64,000 nt of DNA from Macrostomum lignano (lineage: Eukaryota): assembly GCA_002269645.1 (NCBI GenBank), contig NIVC01000897.1:248001-312000 (forward strand). The letters are read 5' to 3'. This document shows positions 36,986 to 51,288 of this stretch, in pieces (position 1 is the first letter of the stretch; each line of letters opens with the position of its first letter). The position numbers and the translations under genes are program-made. The notes beneath the pieces were generated by a model. It did not search any database. It had not been told where the DNA came from and was given only the letters and a program-made list of their open reading frames with translations.

Positions 36986-37490
36986 ACTTTCTGTATCATG
37001 GATATTGCCTAATGGGGCGCCTGGATCGATACGAACCCGCACTACACGCACTGTCCTGCTAGACTCTGACCCAATTGCAGGGTGATATCTAATCACCGCA
37101 GCGAGCTCGAGCTGCCATCCCCAGCCTCTCGTTCTACCAATTTATCCCCTCCGACTAGGCCAGAATCCATTGGTCCGGGACCCGTCAGTGGCCCCTGTGC
37201 CCCGTATGCAAATTGCCTCCGCGGCACTGGACATTTTATCAGTTTATTTTCTGACTGCGTTGACTGGGCCGCAACAGTTTCTATTCACAATTTTCACTGC
37301 CCATTTGCTGACCCCCCAGGTTCATCCATGCGTTGATCGAGCTGGGGCAACATTGCCGCTGATTTGGATGGGCGGCGACACTACTGCACCAGCGGCAACA
37401 GCCTCTGCGACGAACTGCTCTCCATGGACCAAGGAGGCCTGACGACCTGCAGCTCATGCCATACCAGGTGCGTCTGATATAGTTGCGTGC

Positions 37491-37670
<180 letters not shown>

Positions 37671-38477
37671 AATATAAATTATGCTCAAAGTATGATCTTT
37701 AAGGAAGCAACATACTACTGCTGATGGACAATAGTGCCATGTAACACATCTTGCTACTATTGTACTAAGCATTGACTTTGATTTATTCTCGCACGAGGAA
37801 CATCTCCGGTAATCTCAGTCATGACAAGTCCCAATCTGTCAAAGTGTAACGCAAAATCATGGGATTATTTAAGCATTCTTAAAAGACATTTCTGCATCGG
37901 CTTGTTGCAGAAACCTCGCTCGTAATCCGACAGCTGGGATGCCAGTTGGCTGCCTTGAAGAAATGATGAACAGCGCTGTTTGATTCGAAAAATTGCTCAG
38001 ACTATCCTGCCCGCGGATTAGCCAGTGGCAAAGATATCATTCCGAAATTACTCCCTTGAATACAGGGATAATTGCATGCTGCATGCGGGGCAGGGCAATT
38101 ATGCTTTTTTGAGCAGTATGGGGCCTCATCTGCGTGCTTGTCTTCTGCTTCTGCAACAACTGCTTCCGCCGCTTGTGACATCGAATGGAGGGAGGCGGAG
38201 GCGGTTGCTGCCCACCCTGAAGCCCGCCAAGGCTTGCTTGCTAATGGAAGGAATGAAAGTGAAGGAGGTTTGCACAAGAGCAGGCTAGATATTCACCGAG
38301 AGAGGAGAGCAAGCGTTTTTCTTAGAGTTTTTTCTCGTTCTGAAGACGTTTCTTGCTTGAAGAGAGTGGCTAGTTTTAAACAGACGGAACTTTTTTGTTA
38401 GCGCATAAATCAGATTCTAGAGAAATTGTATAGTCAGTGGATCAATTTGCTTTGCTGAAATGCGACATGAGCACTGA

Positions 38478-39156
38478 CACAGGCGGGAGAGTAGCTCTGT
38501 GGTAGCGTGTGCTGATTCCCTGGGTTCAAGGACCCCGTTGGCACAGGGGGAGAGTAGCTCTGTGGTAGTGTGTGCTGATTCCCTGGGTTCAAGGACCCCG
38601 TTGGCACAGGCGGGAGAGTAGCTCTGTGGTAGCGTGTGCTGATTCCCTGGGTTCAAGGACCCCGTTGGCACAGGGGGAGAGTAGCTCTGTGGTAGTGTGT
38701 GCTGATTCCCTGGGTTCAAGGACCCCGTTGGCACAGGCGGGAGAGTAGCTCTGTGGTAGCGTGTGCTGATTCCCTGGGTTCAAGGACCCCGTTGGCACAG
38801 GGGGAGAGTAGCTCTGTGGTAGTGTGTGCTGATTCCCTGGGTTCAAGGACCCCGTTGGCACAGGGGGAGAGTAGCTCTGTGGTAGCGTGTGCTGATTCCC
38901 TGGGTTCAAGGACCCCATTGGCACAGGGGTAGAGTAGCTCTGTGGTAGCGTGTGCTGATTCCCTGGGTTCAAGGACCCCATTGGCACAGGGGTAGAGTAG
39001 CTCTGTGGTAGCGTGTGCTGATTCCCTGGGTTCAAGGACCCCATTGGCACAGGGGGAGAGTAGCTCTGTAGTAGCGTGTGCTGATTCCCTGGGTTCAAGG
39101 ACCCCGTTGGCACAGGGAGAGAGTAGCTCTGTGGTAGCGTTTGCTGATTCCCTGGG
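38478..39156. repeat. Tandem repeat, 63-64 bp unit, ~10-11 copies
   Basis: TGGGTTC recurs at 38521, 38584, 38648, 38711... Confidence 0.96.
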
Positions 39157-40222
39157 CTTGATTCCACAGTAAGGGCCACCAGAAAGTCAGGGCCAGGTCC
39201 CAGGTGTGAGCGGAACGGGACTGACTTTTTGTCCCCTTACTGGCTCTTTTGGACTCTAGGACAACGCGGCCAGCACAATTCCCTAGCCCCTGTGAAGGCT
39301 TTGGCATAAGCAGCTCTTAATCCTCTATTGAAAATATGAGTCGCTATAAAATATCGAAGTTCGAATTTCGGCACTCCATTAACTGTTAATCTCCTGCTCG
39401 TTTAAGCCGAAAGCCTATTCGCACCTGCCTAATCGAGAGCTCTCGGATCAGGCAGGGAGGCTGGCGAGAGGCGCCTTCATCCGTGACTGCTTGAGAAGCT
39501 TCTAAGTCTTCTTCTACAGCGTAAACGCGCTGCGTCCCTTTCATTCTGTCCAGACTCTCTCTCTCTCTCTCTCTCTCGTCCTCTCCTCTTTCACTGCTCT
39601 GGCGTCTGATTTCACCGTCGCGCGGCGCGGCGCGGCTAGGCCCAGATGAAGCTTGGAGGCTGGGAGAGGGGTAGCGGTCTTTCACGCTTCGGATGACTCG
39701 ATAAAAATTTGGGAAGCCGGTCGGGGAGAAGCTTCAGTGCAGTAGTTGGGATTTCGACTCGAGGGGGGGGGACACTTTTTGCACCTTCGGGGGTCCGGCT
39801 CAACCGCTTGATCCGTGAGCTGGGCTGGGCGCTTCTCACCGACCCCCCTTGCTCTAGCCATCGCTCCCATGCACCTTTAACCTCAAGCGCTCGATTATTT
39901 TCGACAAAGAAGTCAATAGCAATCATCTAGGGGACTTCGAGTACAGTCAGAAGGGTCAAGAAATTCAGTGGCTCCATAGGCTCTGCTCAACCGTAGGGGG
40001 GCTGCGGGCTCCCTGACGCAACGCCTTCCGTGACATCGTCGTCCCACAACCAGCGGTGACGGCAGTTCCGCCCATTCGGCTGAAGTGATAGCTAATATAT
40101 TGCAATAAAACAATGTCCACCTTTGTCACTGCACGCTCTGAACCGTTTTGAGTGGAAAGGCTCTATGGCCTGCTATGCAGGCCATCCGTCGGGTTACTGT
40201 TAAGCCAAGTCTTACCAAAAAT

Positions 40223-40537
40223 ACACTGCGCGCTTATTAAACGACATGCTCATGACGCTACGCGCTTATGACACAACACGCTTATGATACTGCGCGCTTA
40301 TGACACTGCGCGCTTATGACACTACACGCTTATGACGCTGCGCGCTTATGACACAACACGCTTATGATACTGCGCGCTTATGACACTGCGCGCTTATGAC
40401 ACTGCGCGCTTATGACACTGCGCGCTTATGACACTGCGCGCTTATGACACTACACGCTTATGACACTGCACGCTTATTAAACTGCGCTTATGACACCGCG
40501 CTTATTAAACTGCGTGCTTATGACACTGCGCGCTTGT
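40223..40537. repeat. Minisatellite, 16-bp unit (CTTATGACACTGCGCG)
   Basis: Direct tandem repetition. Confidence 0.93.
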
Positions 40538-43500
40538 AACACCGGCACCGGCCCCCAATTATCCATTCCGCCCCCATTCTAAACACGCATGCACAGCCCG
40601 AAATCAACTTGGGAAATCAAACCCAAAAAATGCAAATTATAAAGGGGCAAACAATGCAAAATTCAAGATGTCGGCGCCCTGGGAATTCGCCTAGAAATAG
40701 CTGCTCAACATGGGCTCGGCAGTTTTCAATATTTGGGGATTTCTTCCTGGATGGTTCAGCAGTCTGCGTGCCGAGAGCCACGTTGCAACTCGGAGGTGCA
40801 ACCCAGAGATGGGGTGGGGCCTGCCGATGAGCAGCCACCCGATCCCGCCTTGATGAAATGCATATGCGGCCGGGTGCGCTGGGAATGTTAAAGAAAGCTG
40901 ATTAAGAGGATCCAGTTCAGGCTGGCTGTGAGTTAGGGACTCTCTTAGACAGTATCGCCCGGGCTTAAGCACCATGACGTCCTTGGCTCAGCAGTCAAAA
41001 TTTACAGGTGAAAAACAATGATAAGGATGAACCATTAGATGAATAGGTGACCCCATTAGATAAAAGTGACCCTATTAGATGAAAAGGTGATCCCATCAAA
41101 TAAATAGGTGACCTTGTTCATGCAAGGTACCCATTAGTAAAAATATGACTCATCAATTAGGTGATCCCTAGCCAGGGATATCTCGACATAAAATCGCCCT
41201 GAAATGTCAACTGAGCTCAAAATTTCATAACGCCGACCTAGTGAACGAAGTTGCCTTCGACGTTGTGAAAGTCCCAGTTCGAAGGCTAGACTGGTCTATT
41301 GCAAGATCGATATCTGATTAGTAAGGTGGAAAATCACCAGAGCCGGGCCAAATGGGTGCACTTTCTAGTCTATTAATAAACTCATAAACAAGCTCGCATG
41401 AGTTGATGGCAAATCACAGGCAAGTTTAACAGTGCGTCAGACTGTCAGATTAACCATCAGCGCGTTCTAATTAGGTGCACTGCTCAGGCTAGCACAGGCT
41501 AGAGCTGCTGTCAGCGCTCAACCTGTGATTAGGATAATCCAATGCCCACTGCTCTAACAATAGCTATAAATCCCATTTTTGGCTACTGAACTCACCCTGC
41601 AATCAGAGCCCCAGGCTAAGCTTAGCTAAAAAAGGAACACAGGAAAAATATCAACACTCAAAGCTGACTTATTGTAAGTGGTTAAGAAAAATATTTAGTC
41701 AAGAATGGATTGAATGACAACGAATCCTATTTGGGACTCAACTGAGGGAAAGGATATCGCCCGCCCCCGCCCCCAACTGCAGTCCCATTTTCTCAGAATT
41801 GGCATCGTGAAAAGCAAGGTAAAAAATCCATCGCCGGCATGGGAAGTGAGGGCGCTAGGAGAGGCACTGGAAGAACGGCGCCCCCCCCCCCCGATTCAAA
41901 TGCGTTCACGTCTGTCCGTTCGGTGTGACTGGGCGCGAGTGTTGCCCAGGGAGTAGGCCTGCTAGTGAGAAGTTACAGTCAATGGGATGAGAATGAAGGG
42001 TTAAAGGAAAGGATATTTTCATTCACTTTTATACCAAGCGTCGCTGCCTGTCTCGTCTTTTTGAGGAGGAGAGAGTCGGGGTTGGGAGTTTATGTCAGGG
42101 GGAAATAGGACTGATAAGCTGAAGCCACTCTTGAACTGGCTTGCACAGGAATTGTTGGCATCTATCTATACCAGCATCTGGCATGATGAGGCAGCGGACT
42201 CGTGAGAAGGCAGTCTGCATCTGTTAATTTCACTTCTCTCCAACAGCTCCCTATCAGGTCGCTCTCTATCTGACTCGCCATTGGTCAGGGCTCAATGTCA
42301 GGAATTCTTCCCCTGTCACCCACCCGCCCCCATCAACCGTCTCCCGTCTTCTGCCGCACTCTCCCTCTCTCAAATAGGTGAGCGAACTGAACGAGCGGTC
42401 ACCGTGAAAGAGAAATAGATTCCAGAGAAATTTGTGCTCCGCAGTCCCTGTAGCTACCATAGATTTAATCGCCTAGCAACCACCGCCACAAGCCATCGGA
42501 TCTCGAATGTCGCTGGGGCTCTGGGCTTAGCGAAGCCAACCAGCCCTCTGCTGGAGCAGGCATGGAAGAAGGCCCATACTATCGCGATATCGACCACCGC
42601 ACCTCCAGAGGACCTAGAAGATCATTTTCCAGGTAAATTTTCTGAAGTTGTTCAGTAGAAGTGTCTTTAACCATGACATTGTGCCCGATTAATCGATCAA
42701 TGTTTATCTAAGCATTTCAAAGCATATTTATACAATTAAAATTTTTTGGATACTAACTAACAGCTAAAACAAAACAGACAGACCGATAGGCTGACGGCTA
42801 AGGGTGTAGAATAGAGCAGGCAAACAGAGGGACAGCCGGACAGATGGGTCCCATTATCACAGACGGACAGACAGACAGACAGACAGATCCATTCCCACAG
42901 ACGGACAGGCAGACAGACCCCACTCCCACAGACAGACAGACAGACAGGCCCCATTCCCACAGACAGACAGGCCCCATTCACACAGACAGACAGGCAGAGC
43001 CAGACCAGTGCTGCACACAGCTTATTCTGTATTAATAAAGAGTGCAGAGCGCGACCTCTCAACTCAACAAATCAGATTTCAGCAAAGCTCACTGCTGACT
43101 AGCTAATAGTCCAGCTAATGCTGATCTTGCCAAAAGAATGCGCGAAAGCATTTGGTTGCAATGGTGACCTTCTGTTTTATTCTAAACGGGGTCGCATCGA
43201 GGGCCCCCGCCCTCAATCGCCGTCAAAGCTGCGCCGGGCGCCGTCAAGAGCGCACTCTGGCAGCCTGCGCGGAGCTCCGGCTTCCGGAAAATCGGCCCTA
43301 AGTACAAAAGCTGCTCTTTATCTCTCTTTTGTAAACAATGAGAGCGCAAAGGCCTGCATTGCATTGAGTTCTGCACCGATGCCAATGAGACCATTCCTGA
43401 TGAGAGGAATAAACAAGCAGGTGAATTATAGGACATAAACACGGACACAGCCTTTCTCCCCGTCCGTTTAGGAATTTCCTACCTGCCGTCGTGCGCTTGA

Positions 43501-43904
43501 CTCTCACGTTGCATTTGCTCGAATCACAAACTGCCTTGTTGCGGAGAATCCTTGCTTCTGTCTCTGTAATCTCTCTCTCTCTCTCGCTACACGGGCCTTG
43601 CCTGCGGGTTCGAAAAAGAGAAAAAATCAAATAATCGCTCTCTAATCTGCAGCGAGGATCGGGCTGAGAGAGGGAGAGGGGGAAGGCAGAGGCGAGATTA
43701 GCGAGACAGCTATTAACAATACTTCGGGTCTCTGTCAGAGCTCAAAGCGAGTATCAGCCAAGCTGTAGCCAGCCTTGGTTGGCGGTCCGGAATCTGGACT
43801 GGGGACGGACGGCTTTTGATACACTTTGGGACGAGGGGAGGCAGGTGCGACTCACCTGCTGCTTTCATCTGATAGCTGCTGGTGAGCTGGAGAGAGAGGG
43901 CGAA

Positions 43905-46900
43905 GCATCAGACACAGCTGTAGCATCAGATACAGCATTGGACACAACATCAGACACAGCATCAGACACAGCATCAGACACAGCATCAGACACAGCTGTA
44001 GCATCAGATACAGCATTGGACACAACATCAGACACAGCATCAGACACAGCATCAGACACAGCATCAGACACAGCTGTAGCATCAGATACAGCATCGGACA
44101 CAGCATCAGACACAGCATCGGACACAGCATCAGACACAGCATCGGACACAGCATCAGACACAGCATCAGACACAGCATCAGACACAGCATCAGACACAGC
44201 ATCAGACACAGCATCAGACACAGCATCAGACACAGCATCAGACACAGCATCAGACACAGCATCAGATACAGCATCGGACACAGCATCAGACACAGCATCA
44301 GACACAGCATCAGACACAGCATCAGACACAGCATCGGACACAGCATCAGACACAGCATCGGACACAGCTGTAGCATCAGACACAGCATCAGACACAGCAT
44401 CAGACACAGCATCAGACACAGCATCAGACACAGCATCAGACACAGCATCAGACACAGCATCAGACACAGCATCGGACACAGCATCAGACACAGCATCAGA
44501 CACAGTATCAGACACAGTATCAGACACAGCATCAGACACAGCATCAGACACAGCATCAGACACAGCATCAGACACAGCATCAGACACAGCATCGGACACA
44601 GCATCGGACACAGCATCAGACACAGCATCAGACACAGCATCAGACACAGCATCAGACACAGCATCGGACACAGCTGTAGCATCAGACACAGCATCAGACA
44701 CAGCATCGGACACAGCTGTAGCATCAGACACAGCATCAGACACAGCATCAGACACAGCATCGGACACAGCATCAGACACAGCATCAGACACAGCATCAGA
44801 CACAGCATCAGACACAGCATCAGACACAGCATCAGACACAGCATCAGACACAGTATCAGACACAGCATCAGACACAGCATCAGACACAGCATCAGACATA
44901 GCATCATACACAGCATCGGACACAGCATCGGACACAGCATCAGACACAGCATCAGACACAGCATCAGACACAGCATCAGACACAGCATCAGACACAGCAT
45001 CGGACACAGCTGTAGCATCAGACACAGCATCAGACACAGCATCGGACACAGCTGTAGCATCAGACACAGCATCAGACACAGCATCGGACACAGCATCGGA
45101 CACAGCATCAGACACAGCATCAGACACAGCATCAGACACAGCATCAGACACAGCTGTAGCATCAGACACAGCATCAGACACAGCATCAGACACAGCTGTA
45201 GCATCAGACACAGCATCAGACACAGCATCAGACACAGCATCGGACACAGCATCAGACACAGCATCGGACACAGCTGTAGCATCAGACACAGCATCAGACA
45301 CAGCATCAGACACAGCATCAGACACAGCATCAGACACAGCATCAGACACAGCATCAGACACAGCATCAGACACAGCATCAGACACAGCATCAGACACAGC
45401 ATCAGACACAGCATCATACACAGCATCGGACACAGCATCGGACACAGCATCAGACACAGCATCAGACACAGCATCAGACACAGCATCAGACACAGCATCA
45501 GACACAGCATCGGACACAGCTGTAGCATCAGACACAGCATCAGACACAGCATCGGACACAGCTGTAGCATCAGACACAGCATCAGACACAGCATCAGACA
45601 CAGCATCGGACACAGCATCAGACACAGCATCAGACACAGCATCAGACACAGCATCAGACACAGCTGTAGCATCAGACACAGCATCAGACACAGCATCAGA
45701 CACAGCTGTAGCATCAGACACAGCATCAGACACAGCATCAGACACAGCATCAGACACAGCATCGGACACAGCATCAGACACAGCATCGGACACAGCTGTA
45801 GCATCAGACACAGCATCAGACACAGCATCAGACACAGCATCAGACACAGCATCAGACACAGCATCAGACACAGCATCAGACACAGCATCAGACACAGCAT
45901 CAGACACAGCATCAGACACAGCATCAGACACAGCATCATACACAGCATCGGACACAGCATCGGACACAGCATCAGACACAGCATCAGACACAGCATCAGA
46001 CACAGCATCAGACACAGCATCGGACACAGCTGTAGCATCAGACACAGCATCAGACACAGCATCGGACACAGCTGTAGCATCAGACACAGCATCAGACACA
46101 GCATCAGACACAGCATCGGACACAGCATCAGACACAGCATCAGACACAGCATCAGACACAGCATCAGACACAGCATCAGACACAGCATCAGACACAGCAT
46201 CGGACACAGCTGTAGCATCAGACACAGCATCAGACACAGCATCGGACACAGCTGTAGCATCAGACACAGCATCAGACACAGCATCAGACACAGCATCGGA
46301 CACAGCATCAGACACAGCATCAGACACAGCATCAGACACAGCATCAGACACAGCTGTAGCATCAGACACAGCATCAGACACAGCATCAGACACAGCTGTA
46401 GCATCAGACACAGCATCAGACACAGCATCAGACACAGCATCAGACACAGCATCGGACACAGCATCAGACACAGCATCGGACACAGCTGTAGCATCAGACA
46501 CAGCATCAGACACAGCATCAGACACAGCATCAGACACAGCATCAGACACAGCATCAGACACAGCATCAGACACAGCATCAGACACAGCATCAGACACGGC
46601 ATCAGACACAGCATCAGACACAGCATCATACACAGCATCGGACACAGCATCGGACACAGCATCAGACACAGCATCAGACACAGCATCAGACACAGCATCA
46701 GACACAGCATCAGACACAGCATCGGACACAGCTGTAGCATCAGACACAGCATCAGACACAGCATCGGACACAGCTGTAGCATCAGACACAGCATCAGACA
46801 CAGCATCAGACACAGCATCGGACACAGCATCAGACACAGCATCAGACACAGCATCAGACACAGCATCAGACACAGCTGTAGCATCAGACACAGCATCAGA

Positions 46901-48219
46901 CACAGCATCAGACACAGCTGTAGCATCAGACACAGCATCAGACACAGCATCAGACACAGCATCAGACACAGCATCGGACACAGCATCAGACACAGCATCG
47001 GACACAGCTGTAGCATCAGACACAGCATCAGACACAGCATCAGACACAGCATCAGACACAGCATCAGACACAGCATCAGACACAGCATCAGACACAGCAT
47101 CAGACACAGCATCAGACACAGCATCAGACACAGCATCAGACACAGCATCATACACAGCATCGGACACAGCATCGGACACAGCATCAGACACAGCATCAGA
47201 CACAGCATCAGACACAGCATCAGACACAGCATCAGACACAGCATCGGACACAGCTGTAGCATCAGACACAGCATCAGACACAGCATCAGACACAGCATCA
47301 GACACAGCATCAGACACAGCATCAGACACAGCATCAGACACAGCATCAGACACAGCATCAGACACAGCATCAGACACAGCATCAGACACAGCATCATACA
47401 CAGCATCGGACACAGCATCGGACACAGCATCAGACACAGCATCAGACACAGCATCAGACACAGCATCAGACACAGCATCAGACACAGCATCAGACACAGC
47501 ATCAGACACAGCATCGGACACAGCATCGGACACAGCATCGGACACAGCATCAGACACAGCATCAGACACAGCATCAGACACAGCATCAGACACAGCATCA
47601 GACACAGCATCAGACACAGCATCAGACACAGCATCAGACACAGCATCAGACACAGCATCAGACACAGCATCAGACACAGCATCGGACACAGCATCAGACA
47701 CAGCATCAGACACAGCATCAGACACAGCATCAGACACAGCTGTAGCATCAGACACAGCATCAGACACAGCATCAGACACAGCATCAGACACAGCTGTAGC
47801 ATCAGACACAGCATCAGACACAGCATCAGACACAGCTGTAGCATCAGACACAGCATCAGACACAGCATCAGACACAGCATCAGACACAGCATCGGACACA
47901 GCATCAGACACAGCATCGGACACAGCTGTAGCATCAGACACAGCATCAGACACAGCATCAGACACAGCATCGGACACAGCTGTAGCATCAGACACAGCAT
48001 CAGACACAGCATCAGACACAGCATCAGACACAGCATCAGACACAGCATCAGACACAGCATCGGACACAGCATCAGACACAGCATCAGACACATCATCAGA
48101 CACAGCATCAGACACAGCATCAGACACAGCATCAGACACAGCATCGGACACAGCATCAGACACAGCACAGCATCAGACACAGCATCGGACACAGCATCAG
48201 ACACAGCACAGCATCAGAC
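43905..48219. repeat. Large 12-bp minisatellite (GCATCAGACACA) with 18-bp GCTGTA-insert variants and higher-order structure, 4.3 kb
   Basis: Direct tandem repetition. It generates the 1432-1516 aa low-complexity ORFs. Confidence 0.98.
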
Positions 48220-50934
48220 TCAGTGTGAACTTTTCAATGACAGAGCCAGGAGTTCTTCAGGCGTTTCAGCGTCAAGCTTCCCATTGTTCCAATGCCCCCT
48301 ATTGTTCCCACTCCTTCCATAATGTGTAGGAAGAAAGCAAAGAGTTCATCCAGAATTTTTGAACCGATCAAAACTAGCTTTATCCAGTTGTCTAGTTTTA
48401 AAAGAACCCCTGAGTCCATTATCCGGTCTTAAGACTGCTCAAAGCTTCCATTAAACTCACCCGCTAATGCACAGTTAGTCAAACTCTAGGCGACAAAAAG
48501 GCTACCGGGGGGAAGGGGGTTGCCGGGCCTTTTTCCCCAGATTTTCCATGAACTCCTCGCCTGCATCAGGCTGGAGATTCTCGGAGGCGCTCGCTTGCAC
48601 TTTCTTTTTTAGTTCCTTGAACCCCGGCTGCCTCTGCCTCCCTTTTAAACCCGACTTGGTGCCGCATTGCAGTTACGGAAGAAAAAGAAGAGAGAGGGAG
48701 AGGGAGATGGCGAGACATCCCTCTAGGCGGGGCAGAGGCAGGAAATTCTGTCAGTCTGAGGCTGAGATCGAACGGGAAAGAAGGGGGGCCTCCCGCTTCC
48801 TTCGGCCATCCCGTCAGGCTGAGGCAGATAGTAGGAGGACAGGAGGGTCCGCAAGCAGTCAGGGGGTGACCTTGAGAAATGAAACTTCCGGTTAGAAATT
48901 GGAAATCCTTCGCTATTAGGGGGGTCTCCTGCCCCCCTCCCCCTTCAGATTCCCACTGAACCGAGCGAGTCTTTACCTCCACCCCTACTTTCCCTCTCTC
49001 AGCTCATGCTCCTAGGAGTTCTCTGTCGCTGACTTGTCTGTCTCCATCCGGTGTAATGCCCTCCCCGTCGAGAGAGAGATGGAGCGCCCCCCAGGAGTGC
49101 TGGGAAGACAATCCAAGCCACTCATCTCGAGCCGGAAGCTGAAGCCAAACACACCAGAGATGTTGCTGGACCTTCCTCCTCCTCTGCCGCATCTATCGAT
49201 CGCCCTAGCAGCAACCTATCCTCATCCGTTAGATTCAGCCGTCTCCTTGGACAAGCAGAAAAACGTAACGATCAGAGAGATAGGCAGCAAGTCAGAAGCC
49301 GGCTGGATTAACAAAAAAAGGAAATGTTTTGCCTCTAAGCCAAGTAAAGCAATGTTTCAATTTATTTTATTAGCAGTGCACTGAAAAAAAGAATGAAACG
49401 AGAATAATTTTGATGAATCGATGAAGGTGTAAGAAGCGACCCCTGCCAGACCCATTCATTTGCCCAATAACCTTAGTCGAAGACGGTTGAGCCAAACTGC
49501 ATCTTGTCCCGCTAGTGCGTTACAATGGCTGCTACAACCCCCCCCTTCCCGTTAAATTTACAACCGGCTCTGCAGCCAAGCAGAAACGCTGCCTTGGTGG
49601 CTTTCGGATACAATTGAAAATGGATGATGAGAGCAAGTCGGCAGGAGAGCGCAGCCATAGCTGGCCAAGAAGCGCGCTGAGAAGCTGTGGCATCGTCCAG
49701 GATGGCGGGAGAGGGCTGCTTTTTTTGCCGCGAGCGCGTACAAGATTTCAAAGCGCGCCTGGAAGGAGCAGGGAGGCCCCGACCGGCTGGGGTTGCAATT
49801 AGTAAAATTAAATTAATGAGCTTCAAGCAGCAGCTAAGCCAGGAAAGGCTGAAGCTCTGTTCAAGAAGAAGAGGAGCGGCCGCTGGTTGGCTGTGCAAAG
49901 TGTAGAGTTATTTCTTTAGCCGCGTATTGCAAAAGAAGCGCATCGGTAGCAAAAGCAGAAGACGATGATGAAGAAGAAGAAGAAGGTAGAGAAGAAGAAG
50001 ACGGCAGAGGTAGGGAAGGAGTTTGATAGGGGGGTGCGGGTCGAGGTGGGCGGGGGAGAGCAGCGGCTTCCGTTTGCTGGATCCGCCTGCAGATCCCATG
50101 CAGTTGGGAGGCCACTCAGCGGGCCGGGGTGCCGCAGTGCCGTCCGGCCTAACGAGGTTATCCAATGCAGAGTCTCTGCCAGCGAAGAATGTGCTGGAAT
50201 TACAGGAGCGGAATGGAGAGCGGACTCAGCCGGCTTAGGTAGCCTAGGTACACACTCGCACACACACATAGGGGCGCTAATTCTGTTACACAAACTCCCT
50301 TAGCCTGCCCATGATGATAGGCCAGCTCGGTGAGGGTTTTGGTAGCGATGAAAATTACAAACACGCTGGAGAGTGGAGGGGGTGGAGGGAGGGGAGAGTG
50401 CGAAGAGGTGAAGTAAGAACGGCCCCAGTTCCATCGCGAAAAAATCCCGACCGAAAAGTTTATATTACTTTTTGCCAATTCCCTGATCAGGCGGCTGGTG
50501 ACGATTGTGTTTAGCCAATTCCCCCACCCTCTGATGCCCCGCACCCCCGGACCCTGCACAGGGCGCTCCCGCCAGCCTGGCTGAATGACTGCGTGATTCC
50601 CCATCTATTTGCGATCATCTTTGCCGCGGCACTTGAGCTACTTGAGCTGAGGCGGCGGCCGGATAGAGATGAGAGCGGACCGATGGGCTGGCCTGAGTAG
50701 TCAATTCAAAAAAGTTTCTTGCCGCAGCAGCAGCAGCAGCAGCAAGCATTGTTCAGCTCAAGCGATTACTCTTCAGCCGCATTCGGCAGAGTGCAGACAG
50801 ATCCACTGCGGCGCCTCCCGGCCGGGCATTGACAAAATTTCTGTCAGATTTAGTTGCTAAACGGGAAGTTGTCTTTTGAAGATGTTGAATACTTTGTGGC
50901 GGCCTAAATCAAACCAAGTTTGATCTATAAACAA

Positions 50935-51288
50935 GACACAGATACAGCATAAGACAGCATCAGACACAGCATCAGACACAGCATCAGACACAGCATCAGA
51001 CACAGCATCAGACACAGCATCAGACACAGCATCAGACACAGCATCAGACACAGCATCAGACACAGCATCAGACACAGCATCAGACACAGCATCAGACACA
51101 GCATCAGACACAGTATCAGACACAGCATCAGACACAGCATCAGACACAGTATCAGACACAGTATCAGACACAGCATCAGACACAGACAGCATCAGACACA
51201 GCATCAGACACAGCATCAGACACAGCATCAGACACAGTATCAGACACAGCATCAGACACAGCATCAGACACAGCATCAGACACAGCTG
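50935..51288. repeat. Second array of the GCATCAGACACA 12-mer, same orientation
   Basis: Direct tandem repetition. Confidence 0.96.

Noticed and set aside
42840-43005. Degenerate ACAG/CCCA repeats, and the degenerate ~23-bp repeats at 41030-41170
   Set aside because: Ordinary decayed simple repeats with no additional structure.
43779-48329. 1516/1450/1432-aa ORFs (ASDT, CLML, SDAV repeats)
   Set aside because: They coincide exactly with a 12-bp minisatellite and are open on both strands, with no signal peptide, domain or good start codon. Not annotated as CDS.
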